DNA of 64,000 nucleotides from positions 1 through 64,000 of the forward strand of contig JAJPHT010000029.1 in the NCBI GenBank assembly GCA_021325135.1. Direction: 5' to 3'. Under the pieces are notes generated by a model. The model ran no database searches, had not been told where the DNA came from, and was given only the letters and a program-made list of their open reading frames with translations. The position numbers and the translations under genes were made by a program. Below are positions 17,135-27,061 of this stretch, piece after piece (position 1 is the stretch's first letter; every line of letters begins with the position of its first letter). This DNA is from Pseudomonadota bacterium. Its GTDB lineage: Archaea; Thermoplasmatota; SW-10-69-26; JACQPN01; JAJPHT01.

Positions 17135-18772
17135 ATGCTCAAGGCGGTCGCGACGCTGGCCCTCCTCCTGGGGGCCTCCATCCTGGCCCCCGCGCCCGTC
17201 GCGCAGGCCGCGACGCTGGTGGTGGGCCCGTCCGGCTTCCCCGACCTGGCCTCCGCCCTGGCCGCCGCGAAGGCGGGGGACGAGATCGTGGTCTCGCCCG
17301 GCGCCTACGCCGGCGGCGAGAGCGTCGACCTGGCGGGGCTCACGGTGCGCGCCGCGCAGCCCTCCGCTCCGCCCGTGCTCGCCGCGCCCGCCGGGGGTTT
17401 CGCGCTGCGCGTCGCGGCGCCTGGCGTCACGCTCCAGGGGCTTCGCCTGGCGGGCGGCTCCCCCGGCCTCCTGGCGGACCACGCCGACGGGCTCCGCATT
17501 CTTGACGTCACGAGCGAGGGCGCCGCCACCAACGGCGTCGAGGCGCGCTTCAGCGCGAACCTCACCGTGGAGAACCTCGTCGCCACGGGCGCGGGCGTCA
17601 ACGGTCTGCGCCTCGCGTCGAGCCCCCACGCCGCGATATCGTCGTCCCGCTTCGCGGGGGACCGCCGCGGCGTCCACGTCTACGCCTCGCCCGACCTCGC
17701 GGCCACGGGCCTCAACGCGTCGGGCAACGCGGAGGACGGCATCGTCGTTGAGTCCTCCCCGGGCGCGCGCCTCTCCGGGATCGACGCCACGGGCGGCGTC
17801 GTGGGCGTGTGGGCCTTCGCCTCGCCCGGCGCCCTGCTGGACCGCATCCACGTCTGGAACGTCTCGGGGGACGCGCTCGTTCTCGAAGGCGCCTCGGGCG
17901 ACGTCGCCTCCAACCTCACCCTCACCGGCGCGGGCGTCAACGCGCTGCGCGTCCGCAACGCCACGGGCCCCAGCGTCTCGGACGCCACGCTGGCGGGCTC
18001 GTTGCGTGGCCTCCACGTGGAGACCTCGTCCTCGGTCGCCGTGGCCCGCGCGCGCGTCTCGTCCTCCTCGGAGCACGGCGCGGTGCTGGAGGGCGTGGAC
18101 GGCGCGACCCTCCAGAACGTCACCGTCGAGGGCGCGCGCCGCGCCTTCTGGGTCATCGGCTCCTCGGGCGTGCGCCTCGTCGACGTGGCCGCGCGCAACG
18201 CCACCGAGGACCTGCTCAACGCCACGGGCTCGCCGGGCATCGTCGCGCAGCGCAGCGCGTTCGTCACGTCGGCCGGCAACGGCGTGCGCCTCCTGGACAG
18301 CCCCGGCTTCACGCTCAGCGACGGCGCCATCCTGGACACGCGCTGCGACGTCTTCTTCGAGGGCTCCTCCGCGGGCGCCAGCGCCGCGCGCAGCACGCTC
18401 ATGAGCACGAACCGCCCCGCTGCGCTCTCCACGGACCTCCCCGCGGGCTCCCTCGTCGCGTGCGACAAGGCTGCCCAGCAGCTCGCACGGGCCCAGTCGC
18501 TCTCCGGCGCCTCGTGCGACGCCACGCGCTGGCACTTCGTCGTCACCGGCATCGCCGACGGCTCCGCGCCCGGCTCCGTGGAGGTGGTCTGGAACGACGG
18601 CTCCTCTGCCCTCGCGACGCTCGCGGGCACGCCCGGCTCCACGGCGCACTACGAGACGACGCAGCACCTCTTCGGCGCCGTGGACCGCGCCAGCGCGCTG
18701 CTTCCCGCCTCGTGGAGCGGCAACTTCAACCTCAGCTCCGCGCCCAGCGGATGCGGCGGAGCGCGGGCATGA
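17135..18772 (+). CDS. secreted right-handed parallel beta-helix (NosD/pectin-lyase-like) protein
   Basis: Signal peptide; 'LASALAAAKAGDEIVVSPGAY' cap; ~22-aa G-x-x-V/L repeats; small C-terminal WHFV…FNLS domain. Confidence 0.85.
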   Translation: MLKAVATLALLLGASILAPAPVAQAATLVVGPSGFPDLASALAAAKAGDEIVVSPGAYAGGESVDLAGLTVRAAQPSAPPVLAAPAGGFALRVAAPGVTLQGLRLAGGSPGLLADHADGLRILDVTSEGAATNGVEARFSANLTVENLVATGAGVNGLRLASSPHAAISSSRFAGDRRGVHVYASPDLAATGLNASGNAEDGIVVESSPGARLSGIDATGGVVGVWAFASPGALLDRIHVWNVSGDALVLEGASGDVASNLTLTGAGVNALRVRNATGPSVSDATLAGSLRGLHVETSSSVAVARARVSSSSEHGAVLEGVDGATLQNVTVEGARRAFWVIGSSGVRLVDVAARNATEDLLNATGSPGIVAQRSAFVTSAGNGVRLLDSPGFTLSDGAILDTRCDVFFEGSSAGASAARSTLMSTNRPAALSTDLPAGSLVACDKAAQQLARAQSLSGASCDATRWHFVVTGIADGSAPGSVEVVWNDGSSALATLAGTPGSTAHYETTQHLFGAVDRASALLPASWSGNFNLSSAPSGCGGARA

Positions 18773-21309
18773 GGGCCCAGGCCCTCGCCGTCCTGGCCCT
18801 GCTGCTCGCGCCGGGCGTCGCGCAGGCCGCGCCCGCGTGGTACGAGCGCGGCCTCGACACGCTCTTCGCGCAGCTTGGCGACGCGAGCGCGGACGCCATC
18901 GACGAGACGCCCGCGCCCATCGACCACGGCGACGTGTGGGCCTGGACCGGCGACAACGGCAAGGCGCTGGACGCCCTCGCGCTCTCCGACGCCAAGGGCT
19001 CGCCCCGCGCCGAGGCGCTGGCCTCCTTCCTGGCCGCCGCGTCCGAGGGGCCCATCCTCTTCAAGCGCCGCTTCCAGCCCGCGCCCCTGGCCCTCGTCCA
19101 GAACGACAGCGCGGGCTTCGAGCTTTCCAACCACCTGATCACGCTGCGCGGCGCGTGGGCCGACGCCCGCGTCGCCGCGGTGGTGGAGTACCACGACGGC
19201 CGCGACAAGACCATGGCCGCCTTCGGCCCCGGCGCGCTGCGCGTCGGCGGCTCGTGGATCGACCTCGCGCCGTTGCTCGCGGGGGGCGAGGCGCGCCTGG
19301 CGCCCGACGCCTCGTGGGGCGAGATAGCATTCCGCTACGAAGGGCAGGGCCTCCTGGCGGAGGAGACGTGGCGCCTGGACGGCCAGCCCCGCGTCCTCCA
19401 CGGGCTGCGCGTCCTCCAGGCGCCTCCGGGGCTCGACGCGGCGCGCCTCGTCGTCGCCTCGCTGGACGTCCATGCGGGAGAGTCCTCCGCCTCGTATGGG
19501 CAGGTGGCGCTGGCGGGCGCGCCCCTCGCGCCGCTGGACGGCGTGGAGGTGGCTCCCGCGGGCTCGCCGTGGGCGCTGCTGGCAGACCCGGGCCGCACCG
19601 ACGAGTTCGCCTCGGGGCTCCTGCTGCGCTTCGGCCCTTCGCTCCTGGGCTCCAACGCCACCGCGCTGCGGCCCGACGGGCGCGCGCGGGGGCTCGCCGA
19701 CGAGTACCCGCTTGCGGCGCCGGGCGCGGTCTCCGAGGGCGCGGCGCTCCTGGACGGCGTGCTCACCGAGCGGCCGGAGGCCTACTCCGCCATTGCTCGG
19801 GACCTGGAGTCGCCGCGCCTCGCGGGCGTGGACCCCGCCTTGACCTACGAGATCGGCGAGACGGCGCTGGGCGCCGCGGACTACGCGCGCGCGACGGGCA
19901 ACGCGACGCTCCTTGCGCGCGCCGCCGAGTGGCTGCGCGGGTACGCCGAGCGCGACGAGCGCGGCACGCAGGCGCGCAGCCTCGCCGCGGCCGCCCTCGC
20001 CTCGCTGCGCCTCGCGGACGCCACCGGGGACACGTCCTGGCTCGCGCAGGCCGAGGGCATGGGCCGCCTGCTGGAACGATATCAGGAGCGCGCGGGCGGC
20101 GTGCGCAGCGACCCCGAGGGGCGCGCGTTCGTGGACTCCACCGCCATGGCCATCCGCGCGTGGGGCGAGCTGGCGGCGCGCGATCCCTCCTTCGCCGCGC
20201 CCCTGGCCCGCGCCGTGGCCTCCCTCCACGCGGGCCCCCAGGGGGTCTCGATCCCGCAGGACGACGGGGGCCCCGACGAGACGGACCAGTGGACGTTCAA
20301 GAGCGGCCTCCTCCTCCAGGCGGCCCCGTTCCTTCCGGACGACGTCAGGTGGGCCGCGCGGGAGCGGGCGTGGGCCTCGACGCGCGACTTCGCGTCCGCC
20401 GAGGTGCGCACCAGCGTCTTCAGCGCGGAGACCAACAGCGAGACGCAGGCGTGGGCCCTGCTCGGCCTCCTCGTGGACGAGCAGCGCGGCGATCTCCCTG
20501 GCGTCCCCGACGCCGAAGGCTCGTGGGGGCTTGCGCGCCCCGGCGACGGCAGCCTCCTCCTCTCGCCCCCCTGGCCCGACGCGCGCCTGTGGGTCGACCC
20601 TGGCTGGGCCTCGTGGGCGCCGCGCGAGGCGGGCCCCCTGGGCACCACGAGCTATCGATCCGACGGCGGCGCCATCGCGCTCTGGCCCGCGCGCCACGAG
20701 GACCTCCCCGCCGGCCTCGCTGCGCTGGCGTTCCCCGGCCTCGACGCGCCGCGCCCGCCGGCCGCGCTCCTGGCGGGCCTGCCCGTGGGCGTCGCGTGGG
20801 CGTGGCAGGACGGCGCCTGGCGCGCGTGGGTCCCCGGAGGCCCCTCGGAGCTTGCCCTGGTGCGGCCCGGCGACGTGGTGCTCGCGTGGCTCGACGCGCC
20901 CGCCGCCCGCGAGGTCCCCGATCTTCCGGCTCCGGCGGCGGCCCCGGGCGTCACGCCCCCCTTCCTCGTGTGGGGTGCCCTTCCGCAGCGCGCGGGCGCC
21001 GTGGAGGCCTTCGTCGCGGGCCAGGTTGTCGCGCGCACGGAGGCGGACGCCCAGGGCGCCTACTCCCTGAAGCTGGACGTGCCCGCGGGCGCGCTCGTGG
21101 AGGTGCGCAGCGCGGGGGCCGCGGGTGATGTCATTGCGCAGCCTGGCGGCGCGGCGCGGCTGGACCTCCAGGCCGTGGCGCCCGAGCCCGTCTTCCCGTG
21201 GCTGTGGGGCCTCGCCTTGGTGGTCGTGCTCGCGGCGGCGGGCCTGGTCCTCGTCTGGAGGGCGCGTCAGGAGGACGGCGACGGGTCCAACGCGGGGCCG
21301 CCCACGTAG
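18769..21309 (+). CDS. secreted, C-terminally anchored protein with six-hairpin glycosidase-like helices
   Basis: Signal peptide; WTGDNGKAL, YARATGNATLLARA, LADATGDTSWLAQA, FVDSTAMA, NSETQAW; C-terminal TM; ATGA overlap with the upstream gene. Confidence 0.7.
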   Translation: MRAQALAVLALLLAPGVAQAAPAWYERGLDTLFAQLGDASADAIDETPAPIDHGDVWAWTGDNGKALDALALSDAKGSPRAEALASFLAAASEGPILFKRRFQPAPLALVQNDSAGFELSNHLITLRGAWADARVAAVVEYHDGRDKTMAAFGPGALRVGGSWIDLAPLLAGGEARLAPDASWGEIAFRYEGQGLLAEETWRLDGQPRVLHGLRVLQAPPGLDAARLVVASLDVHAGESSASYGQVALAGAPLAPLDGVEVAPAGSPWALLADPGRTDEFASGLLLRFGPSLLGSNATALRPDGRARGLADEYPLAAPGAVSEGAALLDGVLTERPEAYSAIARDLESPRLAGVDPALTYEIGETALGAADYARATGNATLLARAAEWLRGYAERDERGTQARSLAAAALASLRLADATGDTSWLAQAEGMGRLLERYQERAGGVRSDPEGRAFVDSTAMAIRAWGELAARDPSFAAPLARAVASLHAGPQGVSIPQDDGGPDETDQWTFKSGLLLQAAPFLPDDVRWAARERAWASTRDFASAEVRTSVFSAETNSETQAWALLGLLVDEQRGDLPGVPDAEGSWGLARPGDGSLLLSPPWPDARLWVDPGWASWAPREAGPLGTTSYRSDGGAIALWPARHEDLPAGLAALAFPGLDAPRPPAALLAGLPVGVAWAWQDGAWRAWVPGGPSELALVRPGDVVLAWLDAPAAREVPDLPAPAAAPGVTPPFLVWGALPQRAGAVEAFVAGQVVARTEADAQGAYSLKLDVPAGALVEVRSAGAAGDVIAQPGGAARLDLQAVAPEPVFPWLWGLALVVVLAAAGLVLVWRARQEDGDGSNAGPPT

Positions 21310-22391
21310 GAGAACGTCGCCTCGACGCGCTCCCGCTCGTGGGGCGGGAAGCTCGCGACGAGGACGCGAAGCTCCAGGGGCCGCTGGAGCGAGAGCTGCT
21401 CGTAGGCTCCCGGCATGGCGCCCGCGCCCAGGCCCACGTCCTCGGGTCCCACCGTGGCCTCGCGCACCGCGTGCTGCCGGTCGGGGACCTTCCACCCCGC
21501 GTCCTCGTAGAGCTTCACCATGTCCACCTCGATGGTGCGGTTGGTCACGAGGACGCGCCGCGACGCGAAGTCGCCAAAGCGCAGCAGCGCCTCGGAGGGC
21601 TGGTCGGGCGCGGTGGGCCGCTCTGAGAAGAGGATGAGCACCTGCGTCTTGCCGTACACGTCCTCCAGGCTCACGCCCACGATGGTCCGCGGGCCCACGG
21701 CGTGGTCCGAGCGCGTGCCGTTTCCGAGCTCCACCCGGAACGTCCGGGGGAAGTCGATGCGCTGGCGCAGCGCGACCATGGACCAGTCCTCGGGGCCGCC
21801 CTCGGCCTTGGTCCGATTGATATCAAGGTCCAGCGAGAGATGCGCGGCGCCGTCGCGCCCGTCGATGGCGAAGCGGTCGCTGCCGTGCAGCACGATCTCG
21901 GGGACCCAGCCGTAGGGGAGGGAGTAGGGCGCGATCATGCTGGGGATCCACGAGGCGAAGCCGGGGTTGAGCGCGCTGGGGCGGTCGCCCGGGGGGTCGG
22001 CGCGGGCGAGGTCGCTCTCCCCGCGGACGGCGCGCCCGTGGGCGTCGGTCACGACGACGCGGAAGCCCACGCCCTCCGGGATGCCGGTCCATGGCGGGGT
22101 CGTCAGGTCGAACGTCGCGTTGCCGCCGGGGGGCACGGTGCCGGGGCCCGACGCGTTCCACGAGAAGGGGTTGAGGAGCGCGTTGGCGGGCGTCGTGAAC
22201 ACGGGCGAGACGGGCAAGGGGCCCGGGTTGTCCACGCGCACCTGGAGGCTTGTCACGCGCGCGCTCCACGAGGGATCGCCCACCGCGAGCACCGAGAGGC
22301 CGACCTCCTGCGCGCCCGCGCTCATGGCCAGCGCCGCGGCCAGGGCGCCCCCCGCCAGCGAAAGGAGCACCAGGAGCAGGGCGGGCCTCAC
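21267..22391 (-). CDS. secreted or N-anchored hypothetical protein (beta-rich)
   Basis: GTGA overlap with the GT-C gene; hydrophobic N-terminus; 'NPGFASW' carbohydrate-binding-like motif. Confidence 0.7.
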   Translation of the reverse strand: MRPALLLVLLSLAGGALAAALAMSAGAQEVGLSVLAVGDPSWSARVTSLQVRVDNPGPLPVSPVFTTPANALLNPFSWNASGPGTVPPGGNATFDLTTPPWTGIPEGVGFRVVVTDAHGRAVRGESDLARADPPGDRPSALNPGFASWIPSMIAPYSLPYGWVPEIVLHGSDRFAIDGRDGAAHLSLDLDINRTKAEGGPEDWSMVALRQRIDFPRTFRVELGNGTRSDHAVGPRTIVGVSLEDVYGKTQVLILFSERPTAPDQPSEALLRFGDFASRRVLVTNRTIEVDMVKLYEDAGWKVPDRQHAVREATVGPEDVGLGAGAMPGAYEQLSLQRPLELRVLVASFPPHERERVEATFSYVGGPALDPSPSS

Positions 22392-23641
22392 GGGGGGTCC
22401 TCCGGCGCGTCGAGCCACTCGGGGGGCAGCGTCGCGAGGAGCGCCACCAAGGCGACGGGGTAGAACATCTCGTAGTAGTTCTGGAGCGCGCGGGGCGCGA
22501 AGGTGAGCACGGGGGCGGGCGCGATCCAGAGCGCTTCGCGCATGCGGCGGAAGAAGAGGGCGTAGAGCCCCACGAGGCACGCCAGCGCGGAGAGGGCAAG
22601 GCCCGCCAGCAGCAGGCGCGGGGCGTAGGCGGCTCCGGTGTAGAAGAAGACGGTGAGCCCCTGGGAGAGGGGCACCAGCGAGTCGCCTCCGAGCCCCAGG
22701 GGGGTGAGCACGCCGGAGAGCCACGCCTTGGGGTCCCAGAGGAGGTAGAGCGCGTTGGGGAGCGTGAAGGCGGCCGCCGCGTAGCTGGCGTGGCGCGCGA
22801 CGTGGAGGAGGCGCTCGCGGCGCGGCAGATCCGGGGCCTCCATCCAGAGGCGCACGAGAAGGAAGGGCGCGATGAACCACACCGTCTGCTTCACGGCGCA
22901 CGAGAGGCCGAACATCACCATGGCGAGGCCGGGCCGCTCGCGCCAGAGGATCATGGCCGCCACGAGGAAGAAGACGAACACGACGTCGAAGCCCGAGAGG
23001 CAGAAGGCCAGGAAGAAGGAGGAGAGGAAGAGCACGCCCAGGGCCAGGAGGCGCAGGGGGCGCGGAGTCCGCAGGAAGACGAGCCCCAGGAGCGCCAGGA
23101 GGACGCCCGCCGAGACGACGCGCATGTCGGGCAGCCCCAGCGCTACGAAGGGGAGGTAGAAGAGGAACGAGAGCGCGGGGTAGTTGAGCGACGTGACGAG
23201 GCCGCCGGAGGTCGTGGGCGTCTGGACGTAGTACGGGACGCTGAACGCCTCGTAGCCCCCCGCCAGCGTCGCCGAGTACGGGTCGCGCCCCTGGAGGGCG
23301 AGGCGCGCGGATTCGTGGACGAAGAGGAGCGCGTCGGAGGTGTATTTCTGGGTGACCACCGCGATCATGACGGCGGAGTAGAACGCCAACGCGCCGCAGA
23401 GGGCCAGGAAGCCCACGCGGTCCCAGCGCGCGTGGTCCACGTCCAGCGCGCTTAGCACCAGGAAGAGGAGCCCCCCGCCGTAGAGGAACGCGAGCCCCAC
23501 CTGCACCCAGAGGTGCTCATGGATCCGGCCCACCCACCACACCTCGAACCCCAGGCGCAGCAGCACGATGCCCAGGACGAGGCACCCCGCGCGGGCGAGC
23601 CAGGCGCGCGCCGCCCGGCGCGGGGTGGAAGCCTCCTCCAT
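22388..23641 (-). CDS. GT-C fold multi-TM glycosyltransferase (GT87/DUF2029-like)
   Basis: TSDALL…LLxGRDPY-like loop, YPALSFL, GFD, CAVKQT motifs among many TM helices. Confidence 0.8.
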   Translation of the reverse strand: MEEASTPRRAARAWLARAGCLVLGIVLLRLGFEVWWVGRIHEHLWVQVGLAFLYGGGLLFLVLSALDVDHARWDRVGFLALCGALAFYSAVMIAVVTQKYTSDALLFVHESARLALQGRDPYSATLAGGYEAFSVPYYVQTPTTSGGLVTSLNYPALSFLFYLPFVALGLPDMRVVSAGVLLALLGLVFLRTPRPLRLLALGVLFLSSFFLAFCLSGFDVVFVFFLVAAMILWRERPGLAMVMFGLSCAVKQTVWFIAPFLLVRLWMEAPDLPRRERLLHVARHASYAAAAFTLPNALYLLWDPKAWLSGVLTPLGLGGDSLVPLSQGLTVFFYTGAAYAPRLLLAGLALSALACLVGLYALFFRRMREALWIAPAPVLTFAPRALQNYYEMFYPVALVALLATLPPEWLDAPEDPP

Positions 23642-23773
23642 GGCCGCCGGACCCCGTCTGTCCGGTCAAAGGCCTTGCGCCTACGGGCTCGTCGGGGACG
23701 TTAGCAGCAGACCGGCTGCGCGGGGCCAGGCCAAGGCGGGGGTTCAAGAGCCCCCGAGAGCGTAGGGGCCCCC

Positions 23774-24955
23774 ATGCGCGCCCTCGTGGCCCTGCTCGTC
23801 CTGGCCCTCCTGCTCCCCCTGCCCGCGCGAGCGGGCAGCGCCGACGCTCCCCCCGGCTGGACGCCGGGCGACTTCGTGGTGCTCCACGGCACCACCACGC
23901 TCTCCAATGGGGCCACGACGGACATCGTCACCAACACCACCGTCGTGGGCGCGGACGCCATCGAGGTGGGGGGCGTCGTCTACGACGCCGTCAAGAGCGT
24001 GCAGCGCGCGCAGGTGTGGACCAACTCCTCCACGGGAACGTCCAGCAAGCACTCGTGGACGAACACCACGACGTGGGTCCGCGCCAGCGACCGCGCGCTG
24101 ATCCGCACCGCGTCCCTCTCGGGCACGGGCTCGACCACCACCATCACCTACGATCCGCCCTGCCTCTCGCTGCGCTACCCCCTCGCGGTGGGCGACCAGT
24201 GGGCCGTGGACTGCGCGAAGACGACGGTGGGCCCCACGGGCCAGTCCACCTCCGGGACGGACCACTCCAACGCCACGGTCCTCCGCGAGGAGCAGGTCAC
24301 CGTGGCCGCGGGCACGTTCGACGCATTCGTGGTGGAGAGCGTCACCCCGCAGGGCTCGAAGCTGGACACGTGGTTCGCCCCCTCCACGTGCGCCGCCGTG
24401 AAGATCGTCTCGACCTCGGGTGCGACCGTCTTCACCTACGAGATGACCGCCTACGCATGCGCGGACCCCACGCCCCCCGCCACGGGCGGGACCTCGGCGC
24501 CGCCCGTCAACGCGACGACCAACGCGACCAACGCGACTGCGCCGACGCCGCCCGCCAACGTCACGGAGAACGCCACCGCCGAGCCCAACGCCACGACACC
24601 CGCGCCGGACGTCAACGCCACCACCAACGGGACGACCGAGCCCCCGGCGGACACCACCCCCGAGGCGACGCCCACGCCGACGGAGCCCACGCCCGCGGAG
24701 ACCACGCCCACGCCGGAGGTCACCCCCGTCGCGTCCCCGACGCCGGTCTCCTCCTCGCCCCTCCCCTCCACGGAGACCTCGTCGACGTCGGCCAGCCCGC
24801 CTCCGGCCTCCACGACGCCGGGGGCCGTGCAGGCCGCGGCGGTGTCCCCCAGCCCGGCGCCCTCGTCGAGCGGCGGCGACCAGATCCCGGCCCCGGGGGC
24901 CGCCCTCGCGCTGGCCGCCGTGGGTCTGCTCGCCCTCGCCCTGCGCCGCAGGTAG
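23774..24955 (+). CDS. cell-surface glycoprotein with Thr/Pro-rich stalk and PGF-CTERM-like sorting signal
   Basis: Signal peptide; 'EEQVTVAAGTFDAF' motif; many N-x-T sequons; C-terminus IPAPG-TM-RRR. Confidence 0.85.
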   Translation: MRALVALLVLALLLPLPARAGSADAPPGWTPGDFVVLHGTTTLSNGATTDIVTNTTVVGADAIEVGGVVYDAVKSVQRAQVWTNSSTGTSSKHSWTNTTTWVRASDRALIRTASLSGTGSTTTITYDPPCLSLRYPLAVGDQWAVDCAKTTVGPTGQSTSGTDHSNATVLREEQVTVAAGTFDAFVVESVTPQGSKLDTWFAPSTCAAVKIVSTSGATVFTYEMTAYACADPTPPATGGTSAPPVNATTNATNATAPTPPANVTENATAEPNATTPAPDVNATTNGTTEPPADTTPEATPTPTEPTPAETTPTPEVTPVASPTPVSSSPLPSTETSSTSASPPPASTTPGAVQAAAVSPSPAPSSSGGDQIPAPGAALALAAVGLLALALRRR

Positions 24956-25023
24956 GGGGAGAGGCGGAAGCTTCCATGGAAAGCTAAACACCCTGGCCGC
25001 CCGATGGGGATCGAAGGCAAACC

Positions 25024-25590
25024 ATGGCCCTCGGAACCATCGTCGCCATCGTGGTCCTCGCCGCGATCGCGCTCTTCGCGCTCTACGTGATCAGCGCGCG
25101 CAACCGGATCATCCGCTTCGACAACAGCATCGACAACGCGTGGGCGCAGATCGACGTGCAGCTGAAGCGCCGCGCGGACCTCATCCCCAACCTCGTCGAG
25201 ACCGTGAAGGGGTACGCCGCCCACGAGAAGGGCGTGCTCGAAGGCGTCACCGCGGCCCGCGCGGGGCTCGTCAACGCCAAGAGCCCCGAGGAGGCCAACG
25301 CCGCCAACAACGTGCTCACCCAGGCGCTGGGCCGCCTCTTCGCCGTCGCCGAGGCGTACCCGCAGCTGAAGGCCAACGAGAACTTCCTCCAGCTCCAGGA
25401 TGAGCTGACGCACACGGAGAACAAGGTCTCCTTCGCGCGCCAGTTCTACAACGACGAGGTGCTGCGCTACAACAACGCCGTCACCACGTTCCCCGGCACC
25501 CTCTTCGCGGGCAGCCTGGGCAAGACCAAGCGCGGCATGCTGGAGATCCCCGCCCCGGACCGCGAGGTCCCCAAGGTCAAGTTCTCGTGA
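25024..25590 (+). CDS. lemA: LemA family protein
   Basis: WAQIDVQLKRRADLIPNLV, EAYPQLKANENF, ENKVSFARQFYN, FP. Confidence 0.96.
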   Translation: MALGTIVAIVVLAAIALFALYVISARNRIIRFDNSIDNAWAQIDVQLKRRADLIPNLVETVKGYAAHEKGVLEGVTAARAGLVNAKSPEEANAANNVLTQALGRLFAVAEAYPQLKANENFLQLQDELTHTENKVSFARQFYNDEVLRYNNAVTTFPGTLFAGSLGKTKRGMLEIPAPDREVPKVKFS

Positions 25591-25596
25591 GGCAGA

Positions 25597-26502
25597 ATGC
25601 CCGACGCGCACGAGAAGGTCAGCTTCCCCGAGCAGATCGCCCGCAACAAGCGGCAGACCGTCGTCGTGGAGGGGATCATGCTCCTGATCCTCTTCGCCGT
25701 GGTCTACCTGGTGGGCGCGATCCTCGGCACGCCGCCCGTCGTCACCGGCGTCCTCGCCGCGCTGGTCTCGCTCCTCTACGTGGGGTTCACCTACGCCAAC
25801 GCCACCAGCACCGTGCTCCTGGCCGCCGAGGCGCGCCCCGCCAACCCGGCCGTGCGCGAGGAGAAGCTGCTGCAATACAAGGTCGAGGAGATGGCGCTGG
25901 CCGCGGGCCTGCCCGTCCCCCAGGTCTACGTCCAGGACAGCCGCGACATCAACGCCTTCGCCACGGGCCTCGCGCCCGAGAAGTCGGTGATCTGCGTCAC
26001 GCGGGGCGCCATCGAGCAGCTCTCGCAGGAGGAGCTTGAAGGCGTCATCGGCCACGAGATGAGCCACGTCGCCAACTACGACGTGCGCCTCGCCACGGTG
26101 ACCATCGGCGTCGTGGGCGCCATCGCGATGCTCGCCGAGATCGGCCTGCGGATGCTCTGGTGGCGCGGCGGAGGGCGCGACCGCAAGGTCAACCCCGCGC
26201 TCCTCGTCGTGGCCCTCGCCGCGCTGATCCTCGCCCCGCTGGTGTCGCGCCTCGTGTACCTCATGCTCTCGCGCCGCCGCGAGTACCTCGCCGACGCGAC
26301 GGGCGTCAAGCTCACGCGCAACCCGCAGGGGCTCGCCGACGCGCTGGAGAAGATCAAGGGCGACCTCCCCGACGACCCCAAGGGGAGCCGCACCGCGGCG
26401 GGCCTCTACATCGCCAACCCGTGGAACCACCTCTCCGTGAGCAGCGTGTGGTCCACCCACCCGCCCCTGGACGAGCGCATCCGCCGCCTCCGGGCGATGT
26501 AG
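25597..26502 (+). CDS. htpX: M48 family zinc metalloprotease HtpX
   Basis: NAFATG, HEMSH (HExxH), SRRREYLAD, STHPP..ERI. Confidence 0.95.
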   Translation: MPDAHEKVSFPEQIARNKRQTVVVEGIMLLILFAVVYLVGAILGTPPVVTGVLAALVSLLYVGFTYANATSTVLLAAEARPANPAVREEKLLQYKVEEMALAAGLPVPQVYVQDSRDINAFATGLAPEKSVICVTRGAIEQLSQEELEGVIGHEMSHVANYDVRLATVTIGVVGAIAMLAEIGLRMLWWRGGGRDRKVNPALLVVALAALILAPLVSRLVYLMLSRRREYLADATGVKLTRNPQGLADALEKIKGDLPDDPKGSRTAAGLYIANPWNHLSVSSVWSTHPPLDERIRRLRAM

Positions 26503-26558
26503 CGCGGGCAGGAGGGCAGGCGCGGGCAGAAGAGGCCGGAGGCCCCAAGGGGGAGCCC

Positions 26559-27017
26559 ATGAAAGCCATGAGCCCCCAGGAGACGACGGAGTTCGTGCGC
26601 CACAACCGCTTCGGCGTCCTCTCCCTCGCCCGCGACGGGCAGGCCTACGGCCTGCCGCTCTACTACGGCTTCGACGGGCGCGACCTCTACTTCCAGACGC
26701 GGGCCGGGCTCAAGGACCGGTACGCGACGGAGACGACGGAGGCGTGCTTCACCATCGTCCGCGTGGTCAACCTCGACGACTGGGCCAGCGTGCAGGTGTT
26801 CGGCCGCCTGGAGCGCCTCGGCGCCGACATCCCCTCCCACGCGCTCCTGAGCGTGCCCCTGCCCCCCGGCTGGGGCGAGTCCGCCGACGGCGAGCCCGCG
26901 CGCCCCGCCAGCGGCGTCGTCGTGCACCGCCTCGCGCCCCAGCGCGTCAGCGGACGCTACAGCGAGAACGCGCCCATGAGCGCCGAGGAGCGCGAGATCG
27001 CCTTCGGCGGCATGTAG
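26559..27017 (+). CDS. pyridoxamine 5'-phosphate oxidase-like (FMN-binding split barrel) protein
   Basis: GVLSLARDGQAYGLPLYY, WASVQVFG, VSGR. Confidence 0.85.
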   Translation: MKAMSPQETTEFVRHNRFGVLSLARDGQAYGLPLYYGFDGRDLYFQTRAGLKDRYATETTEACFTIVRVVNLDDWASVQVFGRLERLGADIPSHALLSVPLPPGWGESADGEPARPASGVVVHRLAPQRVSGRYSENAPMSAEEREIAFGGM

Positions 27018-27061
27018 GCCGACGCCAAAGGCTCATCAGGGGCCCCCCGCCTCCCGCCGCC

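Noticed and set aside
14255-23641. Treating the glycan cluster as a mobile element or island
   Set aside because: No integrase, transposase, tRNA target or flanking direct repeats are visible.
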